Position numbers and translations under genes: made by a program. A stretch of DNA of 64,000 nucleotides from Nitrospirota bacterium. GTDB taxonomy: Bacteria > Nitrospirota > Thermodesulfovibrionia > Thermodesulfovibrionales > SM23-35. A model generated the notes under the pieces. The model was not told the origin of the DNA. It did no database searches and was given only the letters and a program-made list of their open reading frames with translations. The stretch is taken from contig CAWCKM010000047.1 of assembly GCA_963796125.1 (NCBI GenBank), positions 66,299 to 130,298 on the forward strand, written 5' to 3'. Within the stretch, counting starts at the first letter, position 1. The number at the start of each line of letters is the position of its first letter. Positions 38,957 to 47,679 of this stretch are shown in pieces.

Positions 38957-39032
38957 TGGAGGCGGCGAGCGGATTTGAACCGCTGCATAAAGGTTTTGCA
39001 GACCTCTCCCTTAGCCACTTGGGTACGCCGCC
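38957..39032 (-). tRNA. tRNA-Cys (GCA)
   Basis: The reverse complement ggcggcgta...gaggtCTGCAAAacctt...agcggTTCAAATccgctcgccgccTCCA folds as a 76-nt cloverleaf with anticodon GCA and an encoded CCA. Confidence 0.9.
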
Positions 39033-39041
39033 GTTAACGAC

Positions 39042-39137
39042 AGTTATAAGTTAAGAGTTAGTGAGTTAAGAGTTAAGAGTATTTAATCCAATTATAATTG
39101 CCTTTAACTTTCAACTCTTAACTTCATTCACTTCAAA
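39042..39137. repeat. Inverted pair of AGTTAAG heptamer arrays between the two tRNA genes
   Basis: 39042-39084 reads agttata agttaag agttagtg agttaag agttaag agtattt. 39103-39137 is the same unit in reverse complement. The arms can pair (gttaagagt/actcttaac). Confidence 0.75.
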
Positions 39138-39159
39138 AATTGCTTAGCAATTTTTAATA

Positions 39160-39235
39160 TGGAGCGGGCGACGGGATTCGAACCCGCGACCCCAACCTTG
39201 GCAAGGTTGTGCTCTACCAACTGAGCTACACCCGC
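39160..39235 (-). tRNA. tRNA-Gly (GCC)
   Basis: Reverse complement gcgggtgtagctcagttggtagagcacaaccTTGCCAAggttggggtcgcgggttcgaatcccgtcgcccgctcca; anticodon GCC, CCA encoded. Confidence 0.95.
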
Positions 39236-39242
39236 ATAAAAA

Positions 39243-39271
39243 AGTTATTAAGTTAAAAGTGAAAAGTTAAA
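39243..39271 (+). repeat. Heptanucleotide array (agttatta agttaaa agtgaaa agttaaa)
   Basis: Read directly from the sequence. Confidence 0.75.
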
Positions 39272-39321
39272 AATCTCTAAGTACAACATCCAATGGTGCG
39301 TGGTATATCATAAGCCATCAC

Positions 39322-39392
39322 TCTCGCCTCACCTTCTATCATTCAAGGGCGAGGCAATAAGCCCTCTCTTAAGTAAGAGGGGCAAGCGGAGA
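39322..39392. repeat. Double GC-rich hairpin element (ctcgcc..ggcgag + aataagccctctctt-aagt-aagagggg)
   Basis: Palindromes read from the sequence. The tail is shared with 11797-11841. Confidence 0.6.
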
Positions 39393-39534
39393 GTTATCAT
39401 TCAACTCGTCATGCAGGATTACTATGTATAGATAGTAACTGTTAACTATAACTCTCTACTCTTAACTTGTCTTTAATTTATAGGCTATAATGAATGATGT
39501 TGAATATTAATGAAAAAACACGGGCTTTGTCAAT

Positions 39535-41079
39535 ATGGTCTACCCTGATTTAGAAGAGCTTTAAGATCCCTTTCATCAAAGGGAAATCTTAATTCCTGTT
39601 TACAGGGAGATTCTTGCTGATACAGATACACCTGTGTCAGCAGCCCTGAAACTTGGGGGGACCCCGTCATTTTTGCTCGAAAGCGTTGTAGGGGGTGAAA
39701 AATGGGCACGGTATTCCTTCCTTGGTTCAAGACCATCAAAGGTCATTAAGAAGCTGGGGCAGGAGAGTAGAAATAAAGGATGAAAAAAGGAAGAAACAGG
39801 TCTTTGACGTAGATGATCCTCTTGATATTATTAAGAATGAGATTAAAGCTTATAATCCTGTTGATGTTAAGGGTTTACCAAGGTTCTGCGGCGGTCTTGT
39901 TGGTTATATAGGGTATGACATGGTCAGATTTTTCGAGAAGGTTCCTGATCAGAAAAAACCCGGCCTCGACCTTCCTGATATGTTTTTCATGGTTGCAGAT
40001 ACAATGCTAATTTTTGACGGTCTCAGACAAAATATAAAAATTGTATCCAATGCCTATCTCGATGGCAAAGATAGTACTGAGGCATACTCAGAGGCTGTAG
40101 AAAAAATAGAGAGAGTGGTGGAACGGCTTAAACGGTCAGGGGTAAAGCAAAGAGCAAAGAGCAAAGAGCAAAGAGTAAAGGGCAATAAACAGGGAGATCC
40201 CGGAGTTCAGTACTCTGCTTCAAATGCTGAATTCTCTTCAGGGTATTCATCGTCTTTTGTTACACGGGATGCATTTGAGAAAGCAGTGCTCAAGGGAAAG
40301 GAATACATAATGTCCGGCGATGTTGTTCAGGTTGTCCTTTCCCAGAGGTTTGAACGTGAGTCTCATGTTGATCCCTTCCATATATACAGGGCATTGCGTG
40401 TTATAAACCCTTCTCCCTACATGTACTATATCGATACAGGCGATGCAAAAATTGTAGGCTCATCCCCTGAGATACTGGTAAGGCTTGAGGGTCGAAAGAT
40501 CATTCTGAGACCTATTGCAGGAACCCGGAAAAGAGGGGAGACAGAAGAAGAGGATGCGTTACTTGAAGCAGAACTCAGAGATGATCCGAAAGAAAAAGCC
40601 GAGCATATCATGCTCGTTGACCTCGGAAGGAATGATGTCGGGAGGGTTGCAGAGACTAGGTTCTGTGAAGGTCACAGAACTTATGACTGTTGAAAGATAC
40701 AGCCATGTTATGCATCTTGTCTCGAATGTAGAAGGTAATCTGAAAAACGGACTTGATGCCTTTGACGTGTTAAGAGCCTCTTTCCCTGCAGGGACTGTTA
40801 CAGGGGCTCCAAAAGTGAGGGCGATGGAGATTATAGAAGACCTTGAACCAACGAGGAGAGGCCCTTATGCAGGTGCTGTTGGCTACTTCAGCTATTCAGG
40901 GAACATGGACACCTGTATTACGATAAGAACTCTTGTCATTAAAGATAATAAAGTTTATGTTCAGGCAGGGGCAGGAATTGTAGCTGACTCGATTCCGCTG
41001 AAGGGAGTATACTGAAACCTTGAATAAGGCAATGGGAATGATGAGGGCTGTTGATATGGCGGAAAAGGAAATAAGTTAA
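39535..41079 (+). pseudogene. trpE: Anthranilate synthase component I TrpE, about 5 frame breaks
   Basis: All conserved blocks are present but spread across frames: MVYPD / ..LSSKGNL / [22 protein letters not shown] / WGRRVEIKD...[13 protein letters not shown] / [22 protein letters not shown]...GAGIVADS / EYTETLNKA...*. The junctions are at ~39549, 39591, ~39750, 40658 and ~41004. Confidence 0.9.
40146..40187 (+). repeat. Heptanucleotide array (agcaaag x4, agtaaag, ggcaata) inside trpE
   Basis: Six units (42 nt, so in frame) encode ...KQRAKSKEQRVKGNK... in a surface-loop position. Confidence 0.85.
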
Positions 41080-41127
41080 GGTTAAAAGTTGCAGAAAAAG
41101 TTCGAAAAGTGAGAAGTTAAAACTTGA
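41074..41127 (+). repeat. Degenerate heptanucleotide array (agttaag gttaaaa gttgcag ... agtgaga agttaaa)
   Basis: Read directly from the sequence; the period drifts. Confidence 0.6.
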
Positions 41128-41169
41128 AGAGACTTTATAAAACATACTTTATAAGGAGAATGTAGAACT

Positions 41170-41250
41170 GTCATTCCCGCGTAGGCGGGAATCCAGAATC
41201 AAATGAATACACTTAAGAGCTATCTGGATTCATGCTTTCGCAGGAATGAC
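41170..41250 (+). repeat. Two-hairpin GTCAT...ATGAC element, copy E
   Basis: gtcattCCCGCgtagGCGGGaatccag ... ctggattCATGCtttcGCAGGaatgac. Confidence 0.75.
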
Positions 41251-41316
41251 TGAAACAGTTAGGAATGAATTATTCAGAGACTTATTAATGTGAAAGAAAG
41301 GATATAAAGCGATTAA

Positions 41317-41889
41317 ATGTTATTAATGATTGATAATTACGATTCTTTTACCTACAACCTTGTCCAGTACCTGGGGGAGCTTGGTGAAGATATAAAGGTC
41401 TTCAGGAATGATAAGATCACGATCAAAGAGATAGAAGGGATGAACCCTGAAAAGATTGTTATCTCACCGGGGCCCTGTACTCCAAAAGAAGCCGGGATAT
41501 CGGTTGAACTGATACGATATTTCGCCGGAAAGATTCCGATCCTGGGAGTATGCCTTGGACATCAATCTATAGGCGCTGCCTTTGGAGGTGAAATCATAAG
41601 GGCACCTCGTCTTATGCACGGGAAAACATCGATGATTTTACATGATGGAAAAACAATCTTTGAAGGCCTCCCCAATCCGTTCGAAGCAACGAGATATCAC
41701 TCTCTGGTGATAAAGAGGGAAACCCTCCCTGATTGTCTTGACATTACGGCATGGACAGACACAGGTGAGATCATGGGCGTAAGGCATAAAGAGGCAGTTA
41801 TCGAAGGTGTTCAGTTTCATCCCGAATCGATTCTTACAAGGGTTGGAAAAGACCTGTTGAGAAATTTTCTGAAGTTAAAACAAAATTAA
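41317..41889 (+). CDS. trpG: Anthranilate synthase component II (glutamine amidotransferase)
   Basis: [23 protein letters not shown] triad motifs. Confidence 0.9.
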   Translation: MLLMIDNYDSFTYNLVQYLGELGEDIKVFRNDKITIKEIEGMNPEKIVISPGPCTPKEAGISVELIRYFAGKIPILGVCLGHQSIGAAFGGEIIRAPRLMHGKTSMILHDGKTIFEGLPNPFEATRYHSLVIKRETLPDCLDITAWTDTGEIMGVRHKEAVIEGVQFHPESILTRVGKDLLRNFLKLKQN

Positions 41890-41897
41890 GTTTACAT

Positions 41898-41983
41898 ACC
41901 CCTCACCCTAACCCTCTCCCGCAAGGGGAGAGGGAACTATAATTATACCCCTCCCTTGATGGGAGGGGATGAAGGGGAGGGTG
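41898..41983 (+). repeat. Double-hairpin element (CCCTCTCCCgcaaGGGGAGAGGG + ACCCCTCCCttgatGGGAGGGGA), copy L
   Basis: About 85% identical to the reverse complement of 43022-43109. It overlaps the first codons of the trpD ORF. Confidence 0.8.
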
Positions 41984-43003
41984 GAGCAACTTGTGCTGAA
42001 AGCAGCAATAAACATGCTTGTCAATAAGGTAAGCCTCTCTGAATCGGAGATGGCTGAGTGCATGAATGAGATTATGGAGGGAAGGGCAACTGATGCCCAG
42101 ATTGGGGCATTCCTTACAGCTTTAAGGGTGAAAGGAGAGACGGTTGAGGAGATAACGGGTGCCGCAAGGATTATGAGGGAGAAGGCAATAACCATCAAGG
42201 CGCCAGAAGGGGTTCTCGATACGTGCGGGACTGGCGGTGATATGTCACACACCTTTAATATTTCCACAACGACATCAATCGTTGTCTCTGCCTGTGGTGT
42301 TCCTGTTGCAAAACATGGGAATCGTTCTGTCTCAAGCCAGTCCGGCAGTGCTGATGTCCTTGAGGCCCTTGGTATTATCATCGATCTTCCTCCCGAGAAA
42401 GTTGAAGAATGTCTTTTCGAGACAGGTTTTGGATTTCTTTTTGCACCGTTATTCCATCCTGCGATGAAATACGCTATAGGGCCAAGAAGGGAAATGGGTA
42501 TAAGAACTATTTTCAATATCCTCGGCCCACTGACGAATCCTGCAGGGGCAAAAAGGCAGTTACTCGGGGTTTTTGCTGATCATCTGACAGAAACACTTGC
42601 CATGGTTCTTGGAAACCTCGGTGCTGTTGATGCAATGGTAATCCATGGCAGGGACGGGCTTGATGAGATAAGCATTTCTGATGAAACAAAGGTATCGAGA
42701 TTTAGTGATGGTAAGACAGAAAACTTTTTCATTGCGCCGGAAGACTTTGGTATCAGGAGAATGGAGATCGATTCCATACTTGGCGGCAACAAGGAAGAAA
42801 ATGCATTGATAACCCTCGCAGTCCTTCGAGGAGAGAGAGGACCGAGGAGGGATATTGTTTTGATGAATTCAGCTGCTGCTATCGTTGTATCCGGAAAGGC
42901 AGGGGATTTCAGAACAGCCTTTGATATGGCTGCAGATGGAATCGATTCAGGCAAGGCGTTGAAAAAACTTGAAGAGGTAAAGAGGGTCAGCAATTCCCTA
43001 TAG
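41969..43003 (+). CDS. trpD: Anthranilate phosphoribosyltransferase
   Basis: DAQIGAFLTALRVKGET, CGTGGD, KHGNRS, NPAG. The exact start is uncertain (ATG 41969 lies in the repeat; GTG 41993 is an alternative). Confidence 0.9.
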   Translation: MKGRVEQLVLKAAINMLVNKVSLSESEMAECMNEIMEGRATDAQIGAFLTALRVKGETVEEITGAARIMREKAITIKAPEGVLDTCGTGGDMSHTFNISTTTSIVVSACGVPVAKHGNRSVSSQSGSADVLEALGIIIDLPPEKVEECLFETGFGFLFAPLFHPAMKYAIGPRREMGIRTIFNILGPLTNPAGAKRQLLGVFADHLTETLAMVLGNLGAVDAMVIHGRDGLDEISISDETKVSRFSDGKTENFFIAPEDFGIRRMEIDSILGGNKEENALITLAVLRGERGPRRDIVLMNSAAAIVVSGKAGDFRTAFDMAADGIDSGKALKKLEEVKRVSNSL

Positions 43004-43021
43004 TGAAGGAATTACATAAAT

Positions 43022-43109
43022 CACCCTCCCCATACCCCTCTCCATCCAAGGGAGGGGTATAATTACATAGTTCCCTCTCCCCTTGAGGGAGAGGGTTAGG
43101 GAGAGGGGT
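43022..43109 (-). repeat. Double-hairpin element, copy R (inverted relative to copy L)
   Basis: caccctccccataCCCCTCTCCatccaaGGGAGGGGtataattacatagttCCCTCTCCCCttgaGGGAGAGGGttagggagaggggt. Confidence 0.8.
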
Positions 43110-43122
43110 AAGAGGAGGATGC

Positions 43123-44040
43123 TTGTCTTTAAAAGTAGGCGTTATTGGTGTTGGTTATCTTGGTCAGCATCATGCAAGGATTTATTCTGAGATAAAAGAT
43201 GCAGAACTTGTAGCTGTTGTTGACGCAGACAGAGAGAGGGCTGACGCTTTTGCAGAAAAGTATGGATGTACTGCATATTCTGACTTCAGAGAAATTCTTC
43301 CTCAGGTTGATGCCCTGAGTATTGTGACACCTACACTATCGCACTATTTCATTGCCCTTGAATGTCTCAGAGCAGGCAAGGATATTCTTGTAGAGAAACC
43401 AATAACAGGAATTGTCAGAGAGGCTGATGAGCTTATTCTTGAGTCAGAAAAAGGGGGGTGCATTCTTCAGGTGGGTCATCTTGAGAGGTACAATCCGGCT
43501 GTCCATAATGCCTTTGATATCATAAAGGAGCCCAGATTCATAGAATCAGAAAGGCTTTCGCCCTTTCTCGGGAGAGGAACTGATGTCGACGTCACTGTTG
43601 ATCTCATGATTCATGACGCAGATATCATACTAAGTCTTGTTTCTTCCCCGGTTAAAGAAATAAAAGCAGTGGGTGCAAAAGTTGTTACCGACAAGATTGA
43701 TTTTGCGAAGGCGTGGCTTGAATTTGACAATGGCTGCATAGCCGTTCTGACGGCAAGCCGTGTTTCGCCTGAAAAACAGAGGACACTGAAGGTTTTTCAA
43801 AAAGACTCCTACTTTTCTATTGATTACCAGCACTGTGAGATAAAACGCTATCATAGAACAGCAGAGGGCATGTTAAGTGATTCCATGAAGATTGACAATA
43901 AGGAGCCGCTCAGAGAGGAATTGGAGGATTTTGTCCGATGTGTAAAAGAAAGAAGGAGACCAAAAGTATCTGCCGTTGAAGGAAGAGAGGCACTGAAATT
44001 GGTGCTGGACATTACAGAGATGATAAGGAGAAAAGGATGA
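43123..44040 (+). CDS. Gfo/Idh/MocA-family oxidoreductase, GnnA-like (UDP-GlcNAc 3-dehydrogenase candidate)
   Basis: N-terminal Rossmann motif VGVIGVGYLGQHH. The GnnA assignment comes from context with the aminotransferase, lpxB and waaA. Confidence 0.65.
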   Translation: MSLKVGVIGVGYLGQHHARIYSEIKDAELVAVVDADRERADAFAEKYGCTAYSDFREILPQVDALSIVTPTLSHYFIALECLRAGKDILVEKPITGIVREADELILESEKGGCILQVGHLERYNPAVHNAFDIIKEPRFIESERLSPFLGRGTDVDVTVDLMIHDADIILSLVSSPVKEIKAVGAKVVTDKIDFAKAWLEFDNGCIAVLTASRVSPEKQRTLKVFQKDSYFSIDYQHCEIKRYHRTAEGMLSDSMKIDNKEPLREELEDFVRCVKERRRPKVSAVEGREALKLVLDITEMIRRKG

Positions 44041-45156
44041 AAAAGGTTGTTGAAGAAAGGCAAACGGTTCCCATGCTCGATCTGAAGATTCAACTCCAGA
44101 ATATTAAAGATGAGATACTGGAGGTTCTTACGGAAATTCTCACAAGTAGCCAGTACATTCTCGGTCCAAAGGTCTCTGAATTCGAGGGGAAGGTAGCCGG
44201 TTACATCGGTGTTCCTGAGGCAATAGGTGTTGCATCATGTACAGATGCCCTTCATCTGTCTCTCGATAGTTTTGGCATTGGACACGGAGACGAGGTGATC
44301 ACGTCACCTTTTACCTTTTTTGCTACTGCTGAAGCGATACTTTATACGGGCGCTCAGCCAGTCTTCGTTGATATTGCACCAGACACATTTAATATAGATG
44401 TAAATCAGGTTGAGGAAAAAATAACGGAAAAGACAAAGGCCATCCTGCCTGTTCATCTGTATGGCCATATGGCGGATATGGAATCGATAATGAATTTAGC
44501 AAGAAGACACGGTCTGAAGGTTATCGAAGACTGTGCACAATCCTTTGGTGCTGAACTGAATGGTAAAAAGGCTGGAAGTTTTGGAGATGCCGGATGCTTC
44601 AGTTTTTATCCGAGTAAAAACCTTGGCGGTTATGGAGACGGAGGAATGATTGTTCTTTATGACCCACAGATAGCAGGAACAATAAGAAAATTGAGAAACC
44701 ATGGGTCAAAGGAGTCTTACATACATGAAAAGGTAGGGTTTAACAGCAGGCTGGATGAGATACAGGCCGGCATTCTCCTTGTAAAGCTGAAGCATATAGA
44801 TGAATACAATAGGGAAAGGAGACAGAAGAGCAGCATTATATACAGAACTCCTTTCGGATAAAGTAACGTGCCCCATTGAAAAGAAAGGTACATACCACGT
44901 TTATCACCAGTATACAATACGGAGTCCCCAACGGGATGAAATACAGAAGAGGCTGAGGGAAAAGGGAATTTCATCTGTGGTTTATTATCCTGTGCCATTG
45001 CATCTTCAGGAAGCCCTCAGATTTTTGGGTTATAGAAGGGGTGATTTCCCGGTTGCTGAGAAGGCATCTCAGGAAGTCCTCTCATTACCTATCTACCCTG
45101 AGCTGAAAGAATCTGTGGTAGAGGAGATTGCGGAGATAATCAGGGACGCTGTGTGA
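44037..45156 (+). pseudogene. DegT/DnrJ/EryC1/StrS aminotransferase, GnnB-like, one frame break
   Basis: PMLDLK..., FYPSKNLGGYGDGG (PLP Lys). The C-terminal 110 aa (AALYTELL...HVYHQYTIR...YYPVPLH...SLPIYPEL) are in the +1 frame from ~44828. Confidence 0.85.
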
Positions 45157-46340
45157 ATACAGTCATGATCATTACCGGTGAAAGCTCCGGTGAACTGTAC
45201 GGTTCTCTCCTTTCTCAGGCATTAAAAAACAGGTATCCTGACCTCCTTATCCTTGGCGTTGGCGGTGAGAGGATGCAAAAGGCCGGCGTGGAACTCATCT
45301 CAGGGATATCAGGCGCTTTTGGCATTACCGAGTTGTTTTCTGCACTGAAAGATTTAAAAGCAGCATTCAAAAAGACAACAGAAGCGATTAAAAAGTTTAT
45401 GCCCGGTGTCATTGTCCTGATTGATTATCCTGATTTCAATTTAAAAGTGGCAGAGTTTGCAAAGATTCTCGGCATAAAGATACTGTATTATGTAAGTCCT
45501 CAGGTATGGGCATGGCGGAAAGGCAGGGTAAAAAAAATAGCACGCCTTGTTGACAGGATGGCTGTTGTACTTCCTTTTGAGGTAGAGATTTACAGGCAAG
45601 CGGGAGTACCGTGTGAGTTTGTCGGACATCCTATTGTCGAAGAGATAGAAGATGTTTTACGATCAATAAATCCCCCCTCACCCCCCTTTACTGAAGGGGG
45701 GATCATAGACTCAGGACGCAGGGCTTTCTTTAAAACTTCGCTCGGTCTCAATGCACATCTTCCCCTCATTTCTCTCCTTCCCGGAAGCAGACCCCATGAA
45801 TTAAAGAGACTCTTTCCGCTGATGATTGAGTTTATCAGGTATTGCAAGAAGGAATTCAGTGATTATCAGTTCTGCATTCCCCTTGCTCCGAACACAGACG
45901 AGGGGAAATACAGTCATTACCTTGAGACCCTCAAACGGGAAGGTGTAGTCATTAAAAAAGGGGAATCAATAAAAGTCCTCGCTGCATCAGATATGTCGGT
46001 TATTGCTTCAGGCACTGCTACCCTTCAGGCTGCATTTCTTGAGGTCCCAATGGTTGTTATCTATAAGCTCTCTCCTCTCACGTATCTTCTCGGAAGGTTT
46101 TTTGTTGATGTCGAACATATATCTCTGGTCAATATCCTTTCTAAAAGAAGAGTTGTACCGGAGCTTTTGCAGCAAAAGGCAAGTCCTGAAGGTATCACAA
46201 TGGAGCTGAAAAAAATCATGGAAGATAAGCCGTATAGAGAAGAAATGGTCAAATATTTCAGAGCATTAAAAGAACCTTTTTCTGGATTGGGGGCCTCAAA
46301 GAGGGTAACAGAAATGATAATCGAGATGGCAGGATGGTGA
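45153..46340 (+). CDS. lpxB: Lipid-A-disaccharide synthase
   Basis: ITGESSGELYG, YYVSPQVWAWR, LLPGSR, ASGTATLQ. Intact ORF containing an in-frame hairpin-element insert. Confidence 0.9.
   Translation: MNTVMIITGESSGELYGSLLSQALKNRYPDLLILGVGGERMQKAGVELISGISGAFGITELFSALKDLKAAFKKTTEAIKKFMPGVIVLIDYPDFNLKVAEFAKILGIKILYYVSPQVWAWRKGRVKKIARLVDRMAVVLPFEVEIYRQAGVPCEFVGHPIVEEIEDVLRSINPPSPPFTEGGIIDSGRRAFFKTSLGLNAHLPLISLLPGSRPHELKRLFPLMIEFIRYCKKEFSDYQFCIPLAPNTDEGKYSHYLETLKREGVVIKKGESIKVLAASDMSVIASGTATLQAAFLEVPMVVIYKLSPLTYLLGRFFVDVEHISLVNILSKRRVVPELLQQKASPEGITMELKKIMEDKPYREEMVKYFRALKEPFSGLGASKRVTEMIIEMAGW
45668..45702. repeat. GC-rich hairpin element translated in frame within lpxB
   Basis: aaatcccccctcaccccccTTTactgAAgggggga encodes INPPSPPFTEGGI, in the variable linker between GHP and LLPGSR. 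Confidence 0.75.
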
Positions 46341-46470
46341 TTTTTAGGAATGTATTTTCTTTATAGTCTGCTCTATTGCGTAGTACTGCTTTTTTTACTA
46401 CCTCTTCACTATCTCAAAAGGCCGAAGCAATTAAGGAAAAGATGGCTGAGAGAAAAGTTTGGATTTATAA

Positions 46471-46512
46471 ACCCCTCCTTATTCCCCCTTGACTAAGGGG
46501 GGAATTGAAGGT
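46471..46512. repeat. GC-rich hairpin element inside waaA (first frame junction)
   Basis: acccctccttattCCCCCttgactaaGGGGGGaattgaaggtggg. The arms are C5 and G6. Confidence 0.65.
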
Positions 46513-47250
46513 GGGTATAACGGGATTATCTGGGTTCACGCCGTCTCTGTAGGAGAGGTTATGGCAGCATTGCCTTTGCTGAAAAAGCTCAGAGAGAAAT
46601 ATCCATCTAAAAGCATTATACTGTCAACCATTACTGACTACAGGGCAGAAGGTTGGAAGAGAAGGGGCACCTGAAGGCACGTCAGTTGTTTATCTTCCTT
46701 TTGATATCCCTTTCATCCTCAGGACTGTTCTCAGACGATTCAAACCAGAGCTTCTTATAACAATAGAGACAGAATTATGGCCCAATATCTTCAAGATTTT
46801 CAAAGAACACGGGATTCCCGTAATCTTGCTCAATGGAAGAATTTCCGGGAACTCATTCAAGGGATATAAAAAGATATTTTTTTTTATGAAGAGAGTTCTC
46901 GCCCATGTAGACCTCTTTTGTATGCAGTCTGAACTCGATGCAGAAAGAATAAGAAGCCTTGGTGTTGAGAGAGACAGGATAAAGGTTCTGGGTAATTTCA
47001 AGTTTGATACAAAACCTCCTTCAGCAATTCCTGAATGGGCTGAAAGAATTTCAGGGCCTGTCCTTATTGCCGGCAGTACACATGAGGGGGAAGAGGAATT
47101 GATAATGTCTGTTTACCGTGAACTGAAAAAAGATTTTTTTGATCTTAATCTCATCATTGCTCCACGACATCCTGAAAGGTTTCAGGGAGTTGAAGACTTG
47201 CTCAGATCAAAAGGGCTCTCGTTTATAAAGCGATCAGAGTTCAGAACCTC

Positions 47251-47294
47251 TAATCCCCCCACCCCCCCTTTGGGAAAGGGGGGTGGGGGGGGAG
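47251..47294. repeat. GC-rich hairpin element translated in frame within waaA
   Basis: taatccccccaCCCCCCCtttgggaaaGGGGGGtggggggggag encodes SNPPTPPLGKGGGGGV. Confidence 0.75.
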
Positions 47295-47679
47295 TTTCCG
47301 AACCTCAATTTTTAAAAGGTGAGATAATCCTTCTTGATACGGTTGGTGAGCTATCAGCGATTTATGGTATAGCTGATATCGCAATCATCGGCAAGAGCTA
47401 TAAAGGATATGGCGGGCAGAACCCCCTCGAACCGGCATATTGGGGAAAGGCGATTGTATGCGGACCTCATATGGAAAATTTTCCTTTTATCCGGGATTTC
47501 TACAGTCAGGGTGCATCCTTAGAAGCAAATGAAGAAAGTCTTTATTCAGCATTAAGAGAGCTTCTCTATTCGCCTGAGAAAGTAAGAAAGATGGGCGATA
47601 AGGCTAAGGAGATTTATATGAAGAATTCAGGCGCTGTTGAGAAGGCAATGGAAGTTCTTACACAATATATCCGTTGAAA

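Larger units (their letters stand above)
46350..47677 (+). pseudogene. waaA: 3-deoxy-D-manno-octulosonic acid transferase WaaA/KdtA, 2 frame breaks
   Basis: N-terminal TM segment (MYFLYSLLYCVVLL..., frame 0), then IWVHAVSVGEV (frame 1), then TGQKVGRE..YLPFD...ETELWPN...GSTHEGEE... (frame 2). The junctions are at 46471-46494 and ~46630-46640. Confidence 0.85.

Noticed and set aside
36824-39300. A possible prophage or integrative element next to the tRNA genes
   Set aside because: No integrase, phage structural genes or tRNA 3'-end duplications are visible. Only eroded TA fragments remain.
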